Assembly (NCBI GenBank): GCA_039931575.1
Contig: JBDTRS010000001.1
Span: 1-45,468, forward strand
From: Gaiellaceae bacterium
GTDB lineage: Bacteria; Actinomycetota; Thermoleophilia; Gaiellales; Gaiellaceae
DNA: 45,468 bases
Reading direction: 5' to 3'
Shown: in pieces, positions 8,974 to 16,478 of the stretch
Position numbering within the stretch: position 1 is the first letter of the stretch
How the letters are laid out: each line of letters begins with the position of its first letter
The notes under the pieces: model-generated
Databases searched by the model: none
What the model saw: the letters and a program-made list of their open reading frames with translations, nothing else
What the model was told of the DNA's origin: nothing
Position numbers and translations under genes: made by a program

Positions 8974-9848
8974 CGGGTGATCCGTCGGAACAAGATCGTG
9001 ATGAAGAGACCAAACCAGACCAGTCCAACGATCAGCTCCGAGAGGGCCGTTACCTTCGCCGCTGTCGAGGCGAGTACAACGCTCGATAGCCCGTTGTAGC
9101 CCGTCACGCTGTCTGCGCTGAGCAAGAGATAGTCCGCAGTTGTCGTCCCTCCGCGCACGTCATGAACGCCGCCGACGAGGTTGAAAATGATCGGGAACAC
9201 GACGAGGGTCAAGAGTAGGAAGCTCACGAGGAGTGTTAAGCCGCGCTCACCGTTACCCCAGATCACACGGTTGGCCTGGCTGGCCACCCACCTCGCCCCG
9301 GAGGCCGCGCGACCGATCGTGTTGAAGTGCTGCTTGTAGTAGCTGCTGGACGCGCGGAACGCGCCCCAGAGGTGCGCTTCGTTTGCACGGAGAGCTTGGA
9401 GGCGAAACAGCCTGGCATCGCGGGGGTGCCCGAGCGCGTAGGCCTCACGCGCAAGCTCGGCCGCAGCAAGCGAGCGGAGTTCCGGTTCAGGCGGAAGGTT
9501 CGGTCGCATCTCGTTAAACGGGATAAAGCAACCTCTGAACTGCGGGAACATGAACTTCGTGCTCTGAAGCGTGAGCTTCGGGAACTCGCAGTCGATGAAC
9601 TTGCAGCCGTCGAACTGGCTGTTCCTGATCTCCGCCTTCCTGAAGTAACAAGAGATGAACGCGCAGTCGATGAACTTGGAGTCCGCGATCTCACAGCCCT
9701 TGAAGCTCACGTTGGCGAAGGTGCAATGCGCAAACATCCCGTGCTGGATGGTGTGACCATCCAGGCGCTCCGAGAAGGCGACATCTGAGTAAGCCCACGG
9801 GTCACGCAGGGCAGCGAGCGGCCGGTTTACGAGAAGCGCATCTGTCAA
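8964..9848 (-). CDS. Pentapeptide-repeat protein fused to a 2TM K+-channel-like (Ion_trans_2-type) pore domain
   Basis: Residues about 36-107 have strict 5-residue periodicity (CTFAN VSFKG CEIAD SKFID CAFIS CYFRK AEIRN SQFDG CKFID CEFPK). C-terminus has TM1 LTLLVSFLLLTLVVFPIIFNLV, a pore/filter-like stretch ADYLLLSADSVTGYNG, and TM2 LSELIVGLVWFGLFITILF. SD-like GAGGG lies upstream of ATG 9848. Confidence 0.75.
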   Translation of the reverse strand: MTDALLVNRPLAALRDPWAYSDVAFSERLDGHTIQHGMFAHCTFANVSFKGCEIADSKFIDCAFISCYFRKAEIRNSQFDGCKFIDCEFPKLTLQSTKFMFPQFRGCFIPFNEMRPNLPPEPELRSLAAAELAREAYALGHPRDARLFRLQALRANEAHLWGAFRASSSYYKQHFNTIGRAASGARWVASQANRVIWGNGERGLTLLVSFLLLTLVVFPIIFNLVGGVHDVRGGTTTADYLLLSADSVTGYNGLSSVVLASTAAKVTALSELIVGLVWFGLFITILFRRITRWR

Positions 9849-9930
9849 TGGCTTACCCTCATCGATCCTCTGCCCGCGACCACTCGTGCGATTCTTCCAG
9901 GCGTTGCGGTCGGCAGACGGAGGCTCGCGG

Positions 9931-9962
9931 TGCGCGCCAGTTGCGCGCCAGTGCGCGCCAGT
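9931..9962. repeat. Three head-to-tail copies of TGCGCGCCAG(T) (11+10+11 nt)
   Basis: Read directly: TGCGCGCCAGT TGCGCGCCAG TGCGCGCCAGT. It lies 83-114 nt upstream of the channel-gene start codon. Confidence 0.9.
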
Positions 9963-10012
9963 TCTTGAGCGGTTCCCAGCGGTCTGGGGCGGTCATGCCG
10001 AGGAATGGCCAA

Positions 10013-10051
10013 CATGCGGAAAAGTCGGCTCTGTCCAGCGCTTTCCGCATG
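10013..10051. repeat. Perfect 10-bp inverted repeat (CATGCGGAAA ... TTTCCGCATG) with a 19-nt loop
   Basis: Read directly. It sits 8 nt from the end of the tRNA fragment, so it is a possible stem-loop/terminator or recombination-site element. Confidence 0.8.
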
Positions 10052-10059
10052 AATAGCCA

Positions 10060-10103
10060 GGTGCGCCTGGCAGGATTCGAACCTGCGACCTGCGGATTAG
10101 AAG
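10060..10103 (-). pseudogene. 3' fragment of tRNA-Arg(TCT): anticodon loop to acceptor end (att-site relic)
   Basis: Reverse complement reads CTTCTAA-TCCGC-AGGTC-GCAGG-TTCGAAT-CCTGC-CAGGCGC-A. That is the anticodon loop (TCT), 3' anticodon stem, variable loop, T-arm with TTCGAAT loop, 3' acceptor strand and discriminator. No matching 5' acceptor strand, D-arm or 5' anticodon stem lies upstream. Confidence 0.7.
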
Positions 10104-10115
10104 TTCGACGGTCGC

Positions 10116-11594
10116 TTACGCAAAAGCTGCTTCGACGAGCACCGTGTGGCGCTGCGCCTCAACAGCGAAGTCGGCTCTGGCGCCTGAGAGGTAGTTGTCA
10201 CTAGCCTCGGCGAGAATCGCTTCAAACGCAGCCGCAACCGTAGTATCGAACTGGCTACCAACTGCCTGAGCCAAGCGCATCCGAGCCACCCTGCTGGGCA
10301 TCGCGTCGCGATAGGGACGGCCGGACGTCATCGCGTTGTACGCATCAGCCACAGCGATAATCCGGGAGATGATGGGTATCTCGTCCCCACCGATTCCGTC
10401 GGGATAGCCGTTGCCGTCCATCCGCTCATGATGGTGGCGAACGATGTTTGCGATCTCGGCGTAATCATCAACATTCCTCAGAATCCGCTCTCCGATCTCC
10501 GAGTGTTCTTCCATTACCCGGCGCTCCTCTAGAGTCAGGGGCCCCGGCTTCTCCAGTAGCCCAGCCGGGAGGCCGACTTTGCCGATGTCGTGCACAAGAC
10601 CAGCCAGGTGAGCGAGTTGCCTGTCTCCTTCAGACAATCCGAGGCGGGCCGCTATATCTCTTGCGTAGACGGCCACTGCCGCGGAGTGACCCGCGGTGTA
10701 CCGATCTCGCGCATCCAACGCCGCTACGAGGGCACTCGCAAAAGACAGGCTCGCACCCTCAAGTCGATCCTTCGCGATGCTTAGGTCGCTCGCCAGCTGC
10801 CTTTGCTCCTGATAAAGAACGAACAGTCTTTGAGCCGCGACGGCCGGGACAAAGAAGAGAAGAACCGTCCAGGGTGAGAGGGACTCGTAGGAATACGCAA
10901 GAACAGCGATAACTGGCGCGTACAACGGAACCGCCGCAAAGGCCAGAAGGCCCATCGTTTTGACCGTTTCGACTGGAGGACGTCGTCTGAGCCAAGCCGT
11001 TGTCGTTGCGAGCCCGATATCGGCTGTGGCTTCGGTGACCGCGGCCACAGCCACCGCGACAACCAGCGCTCCAAACGCTTCGTGAGCCTGCGGGACGAGC
11101 GCGGCCGCGACCCCTGCGAGGGCGCCGACGATCGCCCTTGATGCCGTCCAGATCACCCATCGAGTCCGCGGCCGGCCGTAGTCCGCAAGCATGGCGCAGG
11201 CCCCGACCAGCATCGCTTCGAAAGGGCCGTAGACAACGGCTGCAAAAAGCAGAGGGAGCCCCGAAACGGACACCTGGGCATACGAAGTCACATAGATGCT
11301 TTGGCGCTCCGCGGCAAGCGCAACCGCACAGAGCGCGACAAGAACCCAAACCGGCCCATGAATAGTGGTGCCCGACCAGAGAAGGAGACCTGTGATTATC
11401 CCGACGAGAAGAACAAGGGCCGCCGCGTAGCACCTGATGCCAAGCGGCAATCGCTCGTTCTTGGCCGCAGCGTCATTCCCATGAGAAACCCTTGAAACTC
11501 CCCCAAAAGGGGTATAAGCTCGCGGAGCCGTTATCCCCCGTATCGGAGGAGACAATGCTTCGCTGGGTCGCACAATTCTCGACGCTTCTGACAA
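10116..11594 (-). CDS. Multi-pass membrane sensor with HD-GYP domain (c-di-GMP phosphodiesterase family)
   Basis: HDIGKVGLP and HHERMDGNGYPDG motifs. The N-terminal about 250 aa are hydrophobic helices. The true start may be downstream of 11594. Confidence 0.85.
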   Translation of the reverse strand: MSEASRIVRPSEALSPPIRGITAPRAYTPFGGVSRVSHGNDAAAKNERLPLGIRCYAAALVLLVGIITGLLLWSGTTIHGPVWVLVALCAVALAAERQSIYVTSYAQVSVSGLPLLFAAVVYGPFEAMLVGACAMLADYGRPRTRWVIWTASRAIVGALAGVAAALVPQAHEAFGALVVAVAVAAVTEATADIGLATTTAWLRRRPPVETVKTMGLLAFAAVPLYAPVIAVLAYSYESLSPWTVLLFFVPAVAAQRLFVLYQEQRQLASDLSIAKDRLEGASLSFASALVAALDARDRYTAGHSAAVAVYARDIAARLGLSEGDRQLAHLAGLVHDIGKVGLPAGLLEKPGPLTLEERRVMEEHSEIGERILRNVDDYAEIANIVRHHHERMDGNGYPDGIGGDEIPIISRIIAVADAYNAMTSGRPYRDAMPSRVARMRLAQAVGSQFDTTVAAAFEAILAEASDNYLSGARADFAVEAQRHTVLVEAAFA

Positions 11595-11660
11595 TGCTCG
11601 CCTCGCTTGCCGCGGTCGCGGGCCTCGGAAAAGTCTGGTAAAGCTCTCGCAGTCTTAGGT

Positions 11661-11715
11661 TTTCCACAGGTCTAAGCATCCCTCAGGTGAGGGATTCATC
11701 AACAGGCTGTGGAAA
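11661..11715. promoter_or_regulatory. Nested inverted repeats: outer TTTCCACAG/CTGTGGAAA, inner ATCCCTCA-GG-TGAGGGAT (8-2-8)
   Basis: Read directly. Located between the LuxR-type gene stop (11740) and the HD-GYP gene start (11594). Candidate operator or stem-loop. Confidence 0.5.
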
Positions 11716-11739
11716 CTCTAGGAAACCCCTGGTCGCCGT

Positions 11740-12075
11740 TTAGGCGATCAGGCCGCGCCGAAAGCCGATGGCTACGGCGTGCGCGCGGCTGCGTGCCTGC
11801 AGTTTCGCGAGCAGGTGCCGCACGTGCGATTTGACCGTTTCCTCTGAGAGGTAGAGCCGCACGCCGATCTCGCGATTCACCAGACCGTCGGAGATCAGCT
11901 GCAAAACCTCGATCTCGCGCATGGTCGGCTCCTGCTCGAGCTCCCTGAGCGGGGGCGAGAACGGGATGACCTCGGCGTCCTGATCCTGGCCGGTCCGGCG
12001 CGCAGCCGCCTCGTTGAAACGACGCGAGTGGTCCAGGTAGCGGGACAGGATGTCCTTGCGCTCGGCAGCGTCCAT
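11740..12075 (-). CDS. LuxR/GerE-family HTH transcriptional regulator (no receiver domain)
   Basis: MREIEVLQLISDGLVNREIGVRLYLSEETVKSHVRHLLAKL is a canonical LuxR C-terminal HTH. Confidence 0.8.
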   Translation of the reverse strand: MDAAERKDILSRYLDHSRRFNEAAARRTGQDQDAEVIPFSPPLRELEQEPTMREIEVLQLISDGLVNREIGVRLYLSEETVKSHVRHLLAKLQARSRAHAVAIGFRRGLIA

Positions 12076-12254
12076 CGTTCCCAGGCATCGGCACCAAAAA
12101 GCGGCCTCCTTACCCTCGTTTGAGGGAGTAAAGGCTGGTGGCTTAGGGCTACGAAAGCAGCCGATAGCTGCGAAAACGTGCTTTCAGCTTCCGCCTGGGG
12201 AAAACTCGGCCGATCCTGCGGAAAGACGTGTGGATAACTCTCGAGCGAGCTGTC

Positions 12255-13352
12255 CTACACCGGCGGCGGCTCCCAGGCCGGGACGGTCGCGGGCCGCACG
12301 AGCACCGGCTCCAACTCCTTGGGCTGGAGCTTTCCGGCCTTGATGTCCTCCGCCCAGTGGCAGGCGGCGACGTGGCCCTGCTCCAGCCGGCGAAGGGGCG
12401 GCTCCTCGTCGTGGCAGCGCGTCGGCTGCACATAGGGGCAGCGGGTGTGGAACCGGCAGCCGGACGGCGGGTTCGCCGGGCTGGGCAGGTCGCCGACGAG
12501 AAGGATGGTCTCCCGCTCCCGCTCGACCACGGGGTCCGGAATCGGAACGGCTGAGAGGAGCGAGATCGTGTACGGGTGCAGGGGATTTTCGTAGAGCTCG
12601 GCCGCCGGCGAGACCTCCACGATCTTGCCGAGATACATGACGGCGATCCGGTCGGAGATGTGCCGGACGACGGCGAGGTCGTGAGCGATAAAGAGGTACG
12701 TCAGCTCGAAGTCGGACTGCAGGTTCTCGAGCAGATTGATGATCTGGGCCTGGATCGAGACGTCGAGCGCGGAGACGGGCTCGTCGCAGACGATGAAGTC
12801 GGGGTTTAGCGCCAGTGAGCGCGCGAGGCCGATGCGCTGGCGCTGCCCGCCCGAGAACTCGTGCGGATAGCGCGTGGCGGCGTCGGCGGGCAACCCGACA
12901 ATCTCCAGGAGCTCGCGCACGCGCTTGTCGGTCTTCCTCCCCCTCGACAGGCCGTGAACGCGTAGCGGCTCCCCCACGATTCTCCCGACGCTGTGGCGGG
13001 GGTTGAGCGAGGCGTAGGGGTCCTGGAAGACCATCTGCATCCGCCGGCGGAGCGGACGCAGCGCATTCTCGGAGAGCTTCGTGATGTCCTGCCCGTCGAA
13101 GACGACCTTCCCCTCGGTCGGCTCGTAGAGGCGCAGGATCGTGCGCCCGACGGTCGACTTGCCGCAGCCGGACTCGCCGACGAGGCCGAGCGTCTCGCCG
13201 CGCTTGATCTCGAACGTGACGTCGTCGACGGCCTTGATGTCCCCCACGTGGCGGTCGAGGACGATCCCGCTCCTGATCGGGAACCAGACCCGGAGGTTCT
13301 GGACCTCGACCAGCGGGCCGTCGGATGCGCCCCTTTCGCCCGGCTCAGCCAA
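12255..13352 (-). CDS. Peptide/nickel ABC transporter ATP-binding protein (DppF/OppF-type)
   Basis: Walker [10 protein letters not shown], signature FSGGQRQR, Walker B FIVCDEP, and a C-terminal oligopeptide-transporter extension containing Cys residues. TTG start. Confidence 0.9.
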   Translation of the reverse strand: MAEPGERGASDGPLVEVQNLRVWFPIRSGIVLDRHVGDIKAVDDVTFEIKRGETLGLVGESGCGKSTVGRTILRLYEPTEGKVVFDGQDITKLSENALRPLRRRMQMVFQDPYASLNPRHSVGRIVGEPLRVHGLSRGRKTDKRVRELLEIVGLPADAATRYPHEFSGGQRQRIGLARSLALNPDFIVCDEPVSALDVSIQAQIINLLENLQSDFELTYLFIAHDLAVVRHISDRIAVMYLGKIVEVSPAAELYENPLHPYTISLLSAVPIPDPVVERERETILLVGDLPSPANPPSGCRFHTRCPYVQPTRCHDEEPPLRRLEQGHVAACHWAEDIKAGKLQPKELEPVLVRPATVPAWEPPPV

Positions 13353-14358
13353 CTGCTGCCGCCCGCGAACGCTGCCACTCTTCAGCCGGAACGGGATTGA
13401 AGCAGGCGACCATGTGGCCCGGCTCGACCTCCCTGAGCGTCGGCACCTCCTGACGCGACTGCTCCACCTCGTAGCGGCAGCGTGGCTGGAAGGGGCAGGC
13501 CTTGGGAGGGCTCAGCATGTCGCGCGGCGAGCCCTCGATCGGGTGGAGCTTGGTCTTCCGCTCGGCGTCCAGGCGCGGAACGCTCTGCAGGAGCCCGAGC
13601 GTGTACGGATGCCGCGGCCGCGCGAAGAGCTGCTCGGCGCCGCCGGTCTCGACGAACGTGCCGGCGTACATGACGTTGACCCGCTCGCACATGCCGGCCA
13701 CGACGCCCAGGTCGTGCGTGATCATGATCAGCGCCGTCTCGCGATCCTCCACGAGCTTGTTCAGGACGTCGAGGATCTGCGCCTGGATCGTGACGTCGAG
13801 GGCGGTGGTCGGTTCGTCGGCGATCAGGAGCTTCGGCTCGCACGCGAGCGCCATCGCGATCATGGCCCGCTGGCGCATTCCGCCCGAGAACTGGTGCGGA
13901 TAGTCCTTCAGCCGGCTCTTCGCGCTCGGAATCCCGACCTGGTCGAGGAGCTCGGCGGCGCGCTCCAGCGCCTCCTTCTTGTGCATGTCGAAGTGCGTCT
14001 CGAGGGCCTCGCGGATCTGCCGCCCGATGGTGAGCACCGGATTCAGGCTCGTCATCGGATCCTGGAAGATCATCGCGATGTCCCGGCCGCGGATCCGGCG
14101 GAGCTCATCGTCCGGCATCTTCAGGAGATCTCGGTCCTGGAACACCGCCGTGCCGCCAGTCACCTTGCCGGCGCGGTCGAGGATCCCGAGCAGGGCGAGC
14201 GCCGTGACGCTCTTGCCGCAGCCGGACTCGCCGACGATGCCGAGCTTCTCGCCGGGTGCGATGTCGAAGGAGATCCCGTTGACCGCGTAGATCGTCCCAC
14301 GCTGCGTCCAGAACTGGACGTTGAGATCCTCCACCGTGAGGAGCGCCTGGCGGTTCAT
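13345..14358 (-). CDS. Peptide/nickel ABC transporter ATP-binding protein (DppD/OppD-type)
   Basis: [29 protein letters not shown]. Confidence 0.9.
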   Translation of the reverse strand: MNRQALLTVEDLNVQFWTQRGTIYAVNGISFDIAPGEKLGIVGESGCGKSVTALALLGILDRAGKVTGGTAVFQDRDLLKMPDDELRRIRGRDIAMIFQDPMTSLNPVLTIGRQIREALETHFDMHKKEALERAAELLDQVGIPSAKSRLKDYPHQFSGGMRQRAMIAMALACEPKLLIADEPTTALDVTIQAQILDVLNKLVEDRETALIMITHDLGVVAGMCERVNVMYAGTFVETGGAEQLFARPRHPYTLGLLQSVPRLDAERKTKLHPIEGSPRDMLSPPKACPFQPRCRYEVEQSRQEVPTLREVEPGHMVACFNPVPAEEWQRSRAAAVG

Positions 14359-14536
14359 CCCTACGGTCGCGGGCCGAAGAGATCGCCCTCGCCGGCCGCG
14401 AGGAGCGAGCGTCGCAAGGACGCAGGGAGCGGTGCACTCTGAACGCGGACGCGTATACGGGCGCGACTGAGGACGTCGCGAGGCGATGCTTCGCAGCGGC
14501 CCGGAGAGCGCGAGCTATGATGTTCGAGGCCGTTCA

Positions 14537-15439
14537 CTAGCGGCTGCGGAGCTTGGGGTCGAGGGCGTCCCGCAGGCCGTCCCCGATCAGGTTGAAGCCG
14601 AGCACGGAGACGACGATCGCAAAGCCCGGGGCAAGCGCGAGGTGCGGGCCGCTCTGGAAATAGCGGTTCACGTCGGAGAGCATTGTCCCCCATTCCGGCG
14701 TGCCCGGATCGGGCGGGCCGAGACCGAGGAAACCGAGGCCGGCGACGTCGATGATGGCGGTTGCCATCGCGAGCGTCCCCTGCACGATCACGGGCGAGAT
14801 CGCATTCGGCAGGATGTGCGAGGCAAGGATCGTCCGGCGCGGGACTCCCACCGAGCGCGCGGCGAGGACGAAGTCGTTCTCCTTCTGCGAAAGCACCGAG
14901 CCGCGCAAGAGACGGGCGAAGATCGGTACGTTCGCGACCCCGACCGCGATCATGATCCCGAAGAAGCCGGGGCCGATGATGGCGACGATCCCGACCGCGA
15001 GGAGCAGGGCCGGGATCGAGAGCATGATGTCCATCGAGCGCATGATCACGGAGTCGACGGCGCCGCCGATATAGCCGGCGATCGAGCCGAGCACGAGGCC
15101 GATGGAGAGCCCCACCGACACGGAGACGATTCCGACGATCAGCGAGAACCGGGCTCCGTAGATGATGCGCGAGAGCTCGTCGCGCGATTGCTGGTCGAGC
15201 CCGAGCCAGTGCTTTCCGGAGGGGCCCTGGAAGGCGTCCGTGAGCGGGGCGACCACCTCGCGCGGCCCGAAGGGAGCGACCAGGGGGGCAAAGATCGCGA
15301 GGAGGACGAAGATCCCGACGAGGAAGAAGCCGGCGAGCGCGGCCGGGTTTCGCCGCAGCCGCTTCCAAGCATCGGACCAGAGGCCGGCGGCCGGCGCCTC
15401 GATCTGGAGTTCACGGGCTTCGAGCTCGGCAACGCTCAA
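14537..15439 (-). CDS. Peptide ABC transporter permease (DppC/OppC-type)
   Basis: Multi-TM BPD-transporter fold. TTGA start/stop overlap with the upstream permease. Confidence 0.85.
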   Translation of the reverse strand: MSVAELEARELQIEAPAAGLWSDAWKRLRRNPAALAGFFLVGIFVLLAIFAPLVAPFGPREVVAPLTDAFQGPSGKHWLGLDQQSRDELSRIIYGARFSLIVGIVSVSVGLSIGLVLGSIAGYIGGAVDSVIMRSMDIMLSIPALLLAVGIVAIIGPGFFGIMIAVGVANVPIFARLLRGSVLSQKENDFVLAARSVGVPRRTILASHILPNAISPVIVQGTLAMATAIIDVAGLGFLGLGPPDPGTPEWGTMLSDVNRYFQSGPHLALAPGFAIVVSVLGFNLIGDGLRDALDPKLRSR

Positions 15440-16443
15440 CTAAATCGAATCCTTGGGTTGATGAAGCCGTAGGCGATGTCGACGACGAGGTTGACGAGCA
15501 CGAAGATGATCGCGATGAAGAGCACGCCGCCCTGGAGCACCGGGTAGTCGCGGCCGGAGATGGCGTCCACGAGCCACGAGCCGATCCCCGGCCAGGCGAA
15601 CACCTTCTCCGTCAGGACGGCGCCGGAGAGGAGCAGTCCCACCTGGAGGCCGGCGATCGTCGTGATCGGGAGGAGCGCGTTCCGGAGCACGTGCCGGCGG
15701 TCGACCGTCATCGGAGCGACGCCCTTCGCCCGTGCCGTGCGCACGTAGTCCTCGTTCTGAACGTCGAGCACCGACGCGCGGGTGATCCGCGCGATGATCG
15801 CGAGCGGAATCGTCCCGAGGGCGATCGCCGGGAGGATGAGGTGCTTCGACGTGTCGACGAACGCCGTCCAGTTCCCCGTCACGATCGAGTCGAGGATGTA
15901 GAAGTTCGTCGGGTGCTCGAGGTCGATGAGGACCGAGGCCCGCCCCACGGTGGGTAACCACCCCAAGCGCACGGCGAAGACGTACTTCAGGAGGATGGCG
16001 AGGAAGAAGATCGGGATCGAGATCCCGAGCAGGGACGCAAAGAGGCTCGTGTGGTCGATCCAGGTGCCGTATTTCTTCGCCGCGATGAAGCCGAGCGGGA
16101 TGCCGAAGATCGCGGCGAAGAGCATGGCGCCGACCGCAAGCTCGACGGTCGCGGGAAAGCGCCGCTTGAGCTCGTCGGTGACCGGCTGGCGCGTGCGCGA
16201 GCTCGTTCCGAGGTCGCCCTCGATGAACGCCCGCTTCGTGTAGCGCCAGTACTGGACGTAGATCGGCTTGTCGAGGCCGTATTCCCGGTTGATGGCGGCG
16301 ACCGACTCAGGCGTCGCGCGGTCACCGAGGAGCGCGTAGGCGGGGCTCCCGGGAAGCGCCCGCAGGTAGAGGAAGATCAGGATCGAGAGCCCGACGAGAA
16401 TCGGGATCAAAAGCAAGAGCCGACGGACGATGAAGCGCAACAT
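15436..16443 (-). CDS. Peptide ABC transporter permease (DppB/OppB-type)
   Basis: MLRFIVRRLLLLIPILVGLSILIF N-terminus and the EDYVRTARAKG motif typical of DppB/OppB. Confidence 0.9.
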   Translation of the reverse strand: MLRFIVRRLLLLIPILVGLSILIFLYLRALPGSPAYALLGDRATPESVAAINREYGLDKPIYVQYWRYTKRAFIEGDLGTSSRTRQPVTDELKRRFPATVELAVGAMLFAAIFGIPLGFIAAKKYGTWIDHTSLFASLLGISIPIFFLAILLKYVFAVRLGWLPTVGRASVLIDLEHPTNFYILDSIVTGNWTAFVDTSKHLILPAIALGTIPLAIIARITRASVLDVQNEDYVRTARAKGVAPMTVDRRHVLRNALLPITTIAGLQVGLLLSGAVLTEKVFAWPGIGSWLVDAISGRDYPVLQGGVLFIAIIFVLVNLVVDIAYGFINPRIRFS

Positions 16444-16478
16444 CTCGTCCGCCGGCTCCCTATTTCAGCCTTGGCCGG

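Noticed and set aside
9859-10050. 63-aa minus-strand ORF directly upstream of the channel gene, a possible fourth operon member
   Set aside because: It has no SD. Its ATG sits inside the right arm of the 10-bp hairpin, 10 nt from the tRNA relic. Its sequence (NWRALARNWRAPRAS) is simply the translation of the triple tandem repeat. Its composition is Trp/Arg-rich and its third-position GC (about 71% by my count) is lower than the neighbouring genes. More likely this is the operon's non-coding promoter region.
10058-10135. Attempt to fold a complete tRNA around the TTCGAAT T-loop
   Set aside because: The 3' half is perfect, but the upstream sequence lacks the complementary acceptor strand (GCGCCTG) and any D-arm. 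Only 3 of 5 anticodon-stem pairs form, and the HD-GYP stop codon lies within the would-be 5' half. I therefore call it a fragment, not a tRNA gene.
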